Shown: in pieces, positions 57,411-64,000 of the stretch
Numbering within the stretch: the stretch's first letter is position 1
Layout of the letters: each line of letters starts with the position of its first letter
Virus record (IMG/VR): IMGVR_UViG_3300046660_000219
Coordinates: 1 to 64,000 of that record
Length of the DNA: 64,000 nt
Reading direction: 5' to 3' (one strand)
Notes under the pieces: generated by a model
The model's input: the letters and a program-made list of their open reading frames with translations, nothing else
Databases searched by the model: none
Told to the model about the DNA's origin: nothing
Made by a program: the position numbers and the translations under genes

Positions 57411-58571
57411 ATGACCACAGCAGTTCTCGCCGCGACGGATCTATCTAAGGCAGGCGGCGCGCTAAGGCAGTTTCGCGCGGCGTTCTCCAAAACCGGTACG
57501 CTGGGAAATACCGATACTACCGGTATTTCGGATGGTGTGGCCACTTCAGAAACCAGTCGTGATGTCTTCATGTCGCCGCCGTATCAAGTTAGCGACATTC
57601 AACTGTGCTTCAGCAATATCTACATCAACTCATCCGGCGAAGCTGTCACTACTAACGACATAACGGTACAAGCGAACGTCGAGATCGCAGGTGTGTCTTA
57701 TCCGCTGTTCCAGGCCGGTCGCCGTAACATGGTGCTGGAGCCGGGTGCGGTTGACGTACCGTTTGATCCACTAGCCATCGACATTCCCGCTAACACTGCG
57801 ATGTACTATCGGGTCTACGTTAGTGTTTCGTCTGGTGGCGTGTGGCCGCGTGGGCGTTTCGGCCGCCATAATCGCGCAGGCGGTATTACTGCTGGCGCGA
57901 ACTCTACGGCGGCTATTGGTACGCTACCTAACGATCAAGGCCAGTACATTTACGGTCCCAGCCTAGTGCTAGGTCGTACCGTTGGTAACTCGGCTCCTAG
58001 TGTTCTTGTTGTTGGTGATAGCCTCGTGGCTGGGCAAGGTGACACTGGCGACGCTAACGGCGCAGTCGGCTTCGCGGAACGCGCACTGACTGGTGTAGTA
58101 GGTTACACTACCCTTACCAAGTCCGGCTATCTGATGACGTCGCTCACCAACTCGCACACGCGGTCGCTGGCGCGCTGCACGCAGTTCTGCTCATCGGCCA
58201 TCTTGGAGCTTGGCTCTAACGATATTTTCGGCTCGCACGTCAACCTTGCCACCATGCAAAGCCGTGCGGCGGCTGGTGCCGCGCTCCTGAAGAATCGTGG
58301 TCTCAAGGTCTTTATGACTACTATTATGCCACGTTCGAGTGGCGGTGTGTCGGCTAACCCTACCGATAGCGCAACCACGGCGGCGTACAATGATTGGCTG
58401 CGCCTAGGTCAGTCATTCATGGACGGTCTGTTCGACATTGCTGACATCTGTGAGACGACGCGGAATTCGGGTCTGTGGAAGCCGGCGCTGCAACCGGGTG
58501 ATGGCATTCACCCCAACGGTGCTGGTTACGCTACTATTTCTGCGGGCATAATCACCAGTCAATTGGTCTAG
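57411..58571 (+). CDS. Tagged SGNH hydrolase
   Basis: MTTAVLAATDLSKAGG; GDSL, GSND, DGIH. Confidence 0.85.
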   Translation: MTTAVLAATDLSKAGGALRQFRAAFSKTGTLGNTDTTGISDGVATSETSRDVFMSPPYQVSDIQLCFSNIYINSSGEAVTTNDITVQANVEIAGVSYPLFQAGRRNMVLEPGAVDVPFDPLAIDIPANTAMYYRVYVSVSSGGVWPRGRFGRHNRAGGITAGANSTAAIGTLPNDQGQYIYGPSLVLGRTVGNSAPSVLVVGDSLVAGQGDTGDANGAVGFAERALTGVVGYTTLTKSGYLMTSLTNSHTRSLARCTQFCSSAILELGSNDIFGSHVNLATMQSRAAAGAALLKNRGLKVFMTTIMPRSSGGVSANPTDSATTAAYNDWLRLGQSFMDGLFDIADICETTRNSGLWKPALQPGDGIHPNGAGYATISAGIITSQLV

Positions 58572-58594
58572 CCACACATAGAAAAGGTAGGATC

Positions 58595-58936
58595 ATGAAT
58601 GAGCGCCCGGTAATCCGCCGTTTGGCTAGTAAGGACGATCCAGAAGGCGTGACACGTTTTCGTTTCCCTTGTCCCGGCTGTGAGTATGGTCATTGGGTAC
58701 GTGTGAACGCAGCAGATTCTCCCAACTGGACGTGGAATGGCGACTTCGTGCGTCCTACCTTTTCTCCTAGCGTGCATGTCTTTCCTGGCGGCAGCCTGCA
58801 GACTAAAGCCGAAGGTGCGCGAGACGGCACGTGTCACAGTCACGTCATTGATGGCAACATACAGTTTCTTAGCGATTGCTGGCACGACCTCAAGAATCAG
58901 ACTGTGCCGCTACCGCCACTCGACTACGGAGATTGA
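58595..58936 (+). CDS. DUF6527-like Cys/His protein
   Basis: CPGC..H, WTWNGD..PTFSPSV, CHSHV.DG.IQFLSDC.H. Confidence 0.75.
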   Translation: MNERPVIRRLASKDDPEGVTRFRFPCPGCEYGHWVRVNAADSPNWTWNGDFVRPTFSPSVHVFPGGSLQTKAEGARDGTCHSHVIDGNIQFLSDCWHDLKNQTVPLPPLDYGD

Positions 58937-58939
58937 ACC

Positions 58940-59209
58940 ATGGCAGTTAAAGACGGCCGCACGCATAAGAGTAAAGCACATCGCAAAGCTATTTCAGACG
59001 GTCTACGCGCTTACCACGCCAACAAGAAGTTGGGTGCTTACTACAAGCTCGATTCTCCAAGTAAGTGGCGTAAAAACCTAAAGAGTTCTATGGCAAAGCT
59101 AGAGCGTGAGATTAAAAATAATTCCGCTAGAGGGCTGCCAGCAAATAGAGAAAAGGCTATGCTGGCCAGTTATGCCAAGCTGCTGGCTAAAGGCCCTCCT
59201 AGCAATTAA
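58940..59209 (+). CDS. Small basic protein
   Basis: K/R-rich 89 aa. Confidence 0.65.
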   Translation: MAVKDGRTHKSKAHRKAISDGLRAYHANKKLGAYYKLDSPSKWRKNLKSSMAKLEREIKNNSARGLPANREKAMLASYAKLLAKGPPSN

Positions 59210-59227
59210 TAATAGGATTAGCAAATT

Positions 59228-59623
59228 ATGCCTAGCAGCAAGTGGTTCAACAGCCTGTCGCCACAGCGCAGGAAAGCTTACCTTAAACAGCACAAGAAAT
59301 CCAAGTTCCACGGCAAGCCTGTCAGTGGAGCCAAACCGGTGATTGGCGCACGCCCTAGCCTGGGTGGTGCTATCCAACCGTCCACGGCGGTTAAACCCGG
59401 CCAAAAGGCCGCTGTAAAGCCGCCTGGGAGCCACTTACAGGGCGTGAAGCCCGGTGCGCCTAACCCCGAGGCCGAAAAGCCGATCAAGCTTGTCCCCAAG
59501 GCTCCTAGCGATCACGACGGCAAGGCCGCGCCCGCTAGAGACGTCAAGAAACCTGACCCGGCGCGGGTAAAGGGTTTCACCAACAAGGTCGGCGACGCGA
59601 TCCGTCGTGCGCTCAAGTCGTAA
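59228..59623 (+). CDS. Basic protein with WxxxxSP..Y...H..SK motif
   Basis: WFNSLSPQRRKAYLKQHKKSK. Confidence 0.7.
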   Translation: MPSSKWFNSLSPQRRKAYLKQHKKSKFHGKPVSGAKPVIGARPSLGGAIQPSTAVKPGQKAAVKPPGSHLQGVKPGAPNPEAEKPIKLVPKAPSDHDGKAAPARDVKKPDPARVKGFTNKVGDAIRRALKS

Positions 59624-59635
59624 GGAAATAGTAAC

Positions 59636-60880
59636 ATGGTAACTGCGGTCCTTGCTTCTACGGACATTGCTACGGCTGGTGGTTCACTAAAAGAGTATGT
59701 ACCACGTCGCTTGATTCACGTTGGGACGCGCTCTGGTAACAACGGTGTTGGACAATCAAACGGTACGAACCTTCAATTCAATACCGTTACCAACCATTAT
59801 GTGCCGATCGCCGCTCGCGGTTTGCGTTTGATGTACGTTAACTTTCAAGTAGCGCAGGGCGCTGCCGAGGCTGATCAAACGGCTGACATTACCTTGAAAG
59901 TTGGCGCACGTCCCGCTGGTGCGTCGCCCGGTAAAACCCAACCTGACGCGCCGTCAATTGGTACCTGCCGCCGTGTTACTTGGGGCGGTGCTGTGTCCAC
60001 GACACTGTTAGGATCAGTGTCCGCTGTCGTCGGTAGCACCAACGCAATATCGGATCCACTACCTTTTTATCTGCCCGGCAACACTCTGCTATCAGTGCAG
60101 ACGTACGCTACCTTGACGTCTGGTCAGTACTGGCGAGGGCGTGGCGTAATTAGTGGCCCCGGCGAACGTAACGAAGAAGGCGTTACCGTTACCGATCGCT
60201 CGATTTCTGGTGGTGCGGCTGGTACGGCTGCGTGGTCCATCGGGCCTAACCTTATTTTAGGTATCCCTGATAACCCTAATGCTAGATCTGTGGCCATTAT
60301 CGGTGACAGTATCGCTACCGATACCGGAGACACGGCCGATACTTCGACTGGTATTGTTGGTTACGTTGAGCGCGGGCTAGGTATTTCTGTACCTAACGCC
60401 AAATTCACGCGTGGTGGTACTAAACTCGCGCACTGGACCACGCGTAGCTATTCGCAAATGGATCTAATCGCGGCGTACTTCACCGATGCTATTATCGAAC
60501 TTGGCATTAACGACGTTGGCACGCCGTCTAGTCTTTCGACCATGCAGGCAGATGTTGGTGCGATCATCAACAAACTCCGAGCCCAAGGTCTGCGTATCTA
60601 TCTTGCTACGCTGACGCCGTGGACTACGTCCACTGACAGTTGGGTTACGACTACCAATCAAACGGTAACAGCTAACGAAGCTCTACGTGTTGCGTACAAC
60701 ACGTGGGTCCGCACTATGCCTTTGGGGATTGCTGGCGTGATCGAGGCGGCGGACATCGCTGAAACCGCCCGCAATTCTGGCATCTGGAAAGCAAATAGTA
60801 CGGCAGACGGTGTTCACCCTAACGCCGCTATGCACTTGCTGTTGTCCGCGTCTGTTACTCCTGCCATGTTTGGCTACTAA
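59636..60880 (+). CDS. Tagged SGNH hydrolase
   Basis: MVTAVLASTDIATAGG; GDSI, GIND, DGVH. Confidence 0.85.
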   Translation: MVTAVLASTDIATAGGSLKEYVPRRLIHVGTRSGNNGVGQSNGTNLQFNTVTNHYVPIAARGLRLMYVNFQVAQGAAEADQTADITLKVGARPAGASPGKTQPDAPSIGTCRRVTWGGAVSTTLLGSVSAVVGSTNAISDPLPFYLPGNTLLSVQTYATLTSGQYWRGRGVISGPGERNEEGVTVTDRSISGGAAGTAAWSIGPNLILGIPDNPNARSVAIIGDSIATDTGDTADTSTGIVGYVERGLGISVPNAKFTRGGTKLAHWTTRSYSQMDLIAAYFTDAIIELGINDVGTPSSLSTMQADVGAIINKLRAQGLRIYLATLTPWTTSTDSWVTTTNQTVTANEALRVAYNTWVRTMPLGIAGVIEAADIAETARNSGIWKANSTADGVHPNAAMHLLLSASVTPAMFGY

Positions 60881-60881
60881 G

Positions 60882-61112
60882 GTGGCGAAGGTTGTCAGCA
60901 AGAAAGGTAGCACGCAGAAAGATTGGTGGCACAGAATGTCACCGGAAGCGCGTGCTACCTATTTCCACAGCCACCCCAACAGCAAGCTACGCAAGGTGTC
61001 TGGCGTCAAGAAACCACTAGCCATTGGCGAGCTGTTGACCCTGCAAGACAAGCGGTTGCGCAAGCGTCGCGCCAAGTGGCACGACAGTAAAACCCGGCCT
61101 ATCCAGATCTAG
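60882..61112 (+). CDS. Basic protein with WxxxxSP..Y...H..SK motif
   Basis: WWHRMSPEARATYFHSHPNSK; GTG start right after upstream stop. Confidence 0.65.
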   Translation: MAKVVSKKGSTQKDWWHRMSPEARATYFHSHPNSKLRKVSGVKKPLAIGELLTLQDKRLRKRRAKWHDSKTRPIQI

Positions 61113-61124
61113 AAGGTTATGTAA

Positions 61125-61511
61125 ATGGTAGCCTTAGAGAACCCGTTCCGCACAATCCGTCTTAGCGCCAAGCTAATGCGCCGTGAGGGTTACCACTACG
61201 TGCCAACCTATGCACATTGGTGTCCTGGCTGTGAAGAGCTGCATGATTATGCCGTAGATCAACCATTTCGTAACGGCGCGCGTTGGTCGTTTTCTGGACC
61301 TCCGGATAGACCTAGCTTTTCACCTTCCATGAACATCTCGATCGGTGAGCCTGTCGAAGAGCGCTGTCATTATTACCTGACTGTTGGTGTCTTACAATTC
61401 TGTCCCGATAGCACGCATGCTTTAGCCGGACAATCTGTGCCACTTCCCGATATCCCACAACATATTTGGCTACGCGCCGGTATTAACCTTTCTTCGGAGA
61501 CGTCAACATGA
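61125..61511 (+). CDS. DUF6527-like Cys/His protein
   Basis: WCPGCEELH, WSFSG..PSFSPSM, RCHY..G.LQFC.DSTH. Confidence 0.75.
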   Translation: MVALENPFRTIRLSAKLMRREGYHYVPTYAHWCPGCEELHDYAVDQPFRNGARWSFSGPPDRPSFSPSMNISIGEPVEERCHYYLTVGVLQFCPDSTHALAGQSVPLPDIPQHIWLRAGINLSSETST

Positions 61512-62689
61512 CGACCGCTGTACTTAATGCTAATGATCTTGCTACGGCAGGCGGTCCGCGTCGCGTCATGCAAGTTGGTACTCGCTGCCAGATTCTGGGT
61601 ACGCCGGTGGCCTCAAAGAATAGTACCAACACGCTTACCCGTCACATCATTCCCATCGCCGCGCGCAACATTCAACTGGGTTATTGTAACTGGGCCGTCA
61701 CCTCAGTTAATAACACGCAAGGTGGCGAAACTGACGGCCCGGCGCAATACTCTCGAATGTCAGCAGGCTTCCTACCGGACTTTGCTGTAGCTAATGTTAT
61801 AGCCGCGCAATTCAGCGGTAAGACTACTCCGACGTTGGATGTTGGTGGTACTTTTATTTCTGATCCTATCGGTGTGTACATACCGGCCGGAACCGCTATT
61901 GGTGTTCGCAGCTCTATGGCTACGGCCACGGACGTTAACTGGTTCGGTGGTCTGACTACCGTTAGTGGTCTTACGGAGCGCACGGAATACGGTACGGTAG
62001 CCAGCCCGGTGACTGACAAGTCGCTCAGTGGTTCCATCGCTAATGGCCTTGGTGCTAGCTTCACGCCTACTCTTATTCTGGGTGTTCCTGTAAACCCATT
62101 GGCGCGCTCTGTTGCGATCATTGGCGACAGTATTCCCACGGGTACGGGCGACACGGCTGACGCCAGTACTGGCGCTATCGGTTATATCGAACGCGGCCTG
62201 ACCATGGCTGTACCTGCGTCTAAGTTTACTCGCGGTTCCGATCGCTTGAGTTATTGGGCGGTGCGTCGCTATTGCCGCATGTCTTTGATCACGAAGTATT
62301 TTACGGACGTGATCATCGAACTCGGTGTTAACGACTACCAATTGACGTTGTCTACCGCTTCGCAAATGCAGACCAACTTTATGGCTCTGCGTGATGAATT
62401 GCTTAGCGCCGGTATACGTGTTTGGGCGTGTACCGTTACGCCCGTTACCACGGGTACGGCTGGAGCCCAAACGCCAAGCACTTATGTGGCTGTACAGCAA
62501 GCCTATAACACTTGGTTACGCGCTGGTGTGGCTGGTGTAAGCGGGCTTATCGATGCTGCGCTTATAGCTGAAGGCGGTCTCAATACGGGTGTATGGGTGC
62601 AAGCTTATTTCGGTGATGGTACTCACCCTAATCAAGCTGGTTCTATTGCTATGTCGGCTGCACTTAACCCGGCTATGTTTGGATACTAA
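61508..62689 (+). CDS. Tagged SGNH hydrolase
   Basis: MTTAVLNANDLATAGG; GDSI, GVND, DGTH. Confidence 0.85.
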   Translation: MTTAVLNANDLATAGGPRRVMQVGTRCQILGTPVASKNSTNTLTRHIIPIAARNIQLGYCNWAVTSVNNTQGGETDGPAQYSRMSAGFLPDFAVANVIAAQFSGKTTPTLDVGGTFISDPIGVYIPAGTAIGVRSSMATATDVNWFGGLTTVSGLTERTEYGTVASPVTDKSLSGSIANGLGASFTPTLILGVPVNPLARSVAIIGDSIPTGTGDTADASTGAIGYIERGLTMAVPASKFTRGSDRLSYWAVRRYCRMSLITKYFTDVIIELGVNDYQLTLSTASQMQTNFMALRDELLSAGIRVWACTVTPVTTGTAGAQTPSTYVAVQQAYNTWLRAGVAGVSGLIDAALIAEGGLNTGVWVQAYFGDGTHPNQAGSIAMSAALNPAMFGY

Positions 62690-62706
62690 ACGCTAACTTT
62701 GGATTT

Positions 62707-62740
62707 AAGCCCGTCAGGCCTCGTGCTTGGCGGGCTTTTT
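62707..62740 (+). terminator. Intrinsic terminator, copy of 28380
   Basis: AAGCCCGTCAGGCCTCGTGCTTGGCGGGCTTTTT. Confidence 0.85.
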
Positions 62741-62862
62741 AGTGCCTATACCGTAAGCTATAACGCAATTATGCCGAAAAGCTAACCGTATAAGTCTAAT
62801 TCAATATAGCAAAGAACGCTAGCGGTATAGCTAGCCCGGTTAAACTCGCAAGGAGGCGGCTA

Positions 62863-64000
62863 ATGCCTAAGCCGAATAGCCTGCGTGGGAACGTGAACGC
62901 GGCCAATGGTCCCGCAGGCGCGCCGATGATCATTGGCGTCGCTTCGGGGGCTCGACCGCGAACCATTTCCACCGCCACCTATCAAGACGCAGTGGAAAAT
63001 CCTACTATTTCCCTGCGCACCAACCATTTCGGTATCGGCCAAGAGGTCGCTTCTCCGGTGGATGGTACGCCACTAACCCGCGTCGAAGAGCCGCAAGACG
63101 TCTCGGCCGCCGACCTTTTCGCCACTACGGCGAAAGTCGGTAGCTGTGAATTCTGCGCTACCGATCTTTACGCTGACAAACAAGTCGCGTCGCTGATCGA
63201 CGGCCATCAAGGCCACTGTGTGATGTGCGGTCACGGCGTCGCGTTCAAGGCGGAAACCAATCCGGTTACTGCTGAAACCCCTGCCGCCAATGTTGAAGCT
63301 ATCGAAACGGTACCCGGTGTTGCTCTCGCGAGCGATAACACTAACCGTTTCGCTTTCGACGACATGACCTTCGTTAACGAAGAGGGCGGCGAACCTAACC
63401 AAGAGGAAGCTGCCATGACGGATCGCGATAAGGACCGCGACGCTATCGTTTCGGCTCTTCGGCCGACTGTGATCGCATCCGATGCGAAGACCATGGACGG
63501 CGAGCCGGAAGGCGACGAAGACGAAGACGACACCGAAGAAGAGGACGAAGAACCGGAAGGCGAATCGTCTGAAGGTGGCGAAGAGAACACCGATGACGCT
63601 GCTGGCGATGCTTTCGCTGACGACGTTGAGAACGATGAAGAATCGGAAGGTGACGACGAAGGCGAAGACGACGATGACGAGGAAGAAAACGACGAGGAAG
63701 CTAATGCTAACCTCGACGCTCCTCCGGTTGTTGAACCTGTAGAACCTAGCGTTGACACGCCGCCTGCTGAAGTGGCTACCACGGAAGAGGCTCCGGCTCC
63801 TGTCGTGCCTACGGAAGTCATTGCGCAGCCTCCCGAGGCTGTTGCGGAACCTGTTACCGTTGTTGCTAACACGGAAGAACAGACGCCACCGGTTGAAGAG
63901 GCTCCTACGCCTACGCCGGATGCTACTGTTACGGCTGCTGACGTCGCCATCGATGATTATCAAGCCGTTGACATCAATACCGTTGATCTGACGAGCGCGG
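62863..64000 (+). CDS. Acidic scaffold/prohead-core-like protein, runs off right edge
   Basis: Absent from ORF track; AGGAGG RBS, MPKPNSLRG, CEFC..CVMC Zn ribbon, long D/E then P/V/E/T tract; frame open to the edge. Confidence 0.75.
   Translation, partial: MPKPNSLRGNVNAANGPAGAPMIIGVASGARPRTISTATYQDAVENPTISLRTNHFGIGQEVASPVDGTPLTRVEEPQDVSAADLFATTAKVGSCEFCATDLYADKQVASLIDGHQGHCVMCGHGVAFKAETNPVTAETPAANVEAIETVPGVALASDNTNRFAFDDMTFVNEEGGEPNQEEAAMTDRDKDRDAIVSALRPTVIASDAKTMDGEPEGDEDEDDTEEEDEEPEGESSEGGEENTDDAAGDAFADDVENDEESEGDDEGEDDDDEEENDEEANANLDAPPVVEPVEPSVDTPPAEVATTEEAPAPVVPTEVIAQPPEAVAEPVTVVANTEEQTPPVEEAPTPTPDATVTAADVAIDDYQAVDINTVDLTSA

Noticed and set aside
44705-62689. CRISPR array, integron attC sites or shufflon for the repeated cassette starts
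   Set aside because: Repeats are coding, degenerate and kb apart; no cas gene, integrase, invertase or attC-like palindromes seen
63073-63963. Minus-strand ORFs of 296 and 239 aa
   Set aside because: Shadows of the + strand acidic gene starting at 62863

Overview
This window looks like part of a large lytic dsDNA (jumbo-type) tailed phage genome, not a bacterial chromosome. Left of about 7.9 kb, genes run leftward: Rad50/SbcC ATPase (off the window edge), DnaX-like clamp loader, histone-H1-like protein and a putative head-closure protein. To the right almost everything runs rightward: RuvC-like resolvase, nucleotidyltransferase, C39-like peptidase, a 1.1-kb non-coding origin-like region with an HUH-motif gene, small early-type ORFs including a paralogue family and a GcrA C-terminal-domain protein, a second H1-like protein, Mre11/SbcD, DnaG-type primase, a SprT-domain protein, virion and holin-like genes, an HNH nuclease, a 1967-aa SNF2 ATPase, probable portal, adenine MTase, NAD+ ligase, prohead protease, seven SGNH hydrolases and the start of an acidic scaffold-like gene. 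Gene content recalls RSL1/Lu11/PaBG/Y3-like jumbo myoviruses, and the GcrA domain suggests an alphaproteobacterial host (both inference, from memory). Most notable unannotated signals: (1) a highly structured ~220-nt ncRNA candidate at 28.1-28.4 kb bracketed by a promoter-like motif and a terminator; (2) two distinct 16-aa N-terminal tags, one on seven proteins (six SGNH esterases plus a small fibre-like protein) and one on three unrelated proteins ending in E14-x-A16; (3) a heptamer TACCTTT/AAAGGTA about 10-fold over-represented by hand count; (4) three stand-alone capsid-A-domain-like mini-proteins. No tRNA, rRNA, CRISPR array or transposon was recognised. All family calls come from motif recognition by eye; no searches were run.
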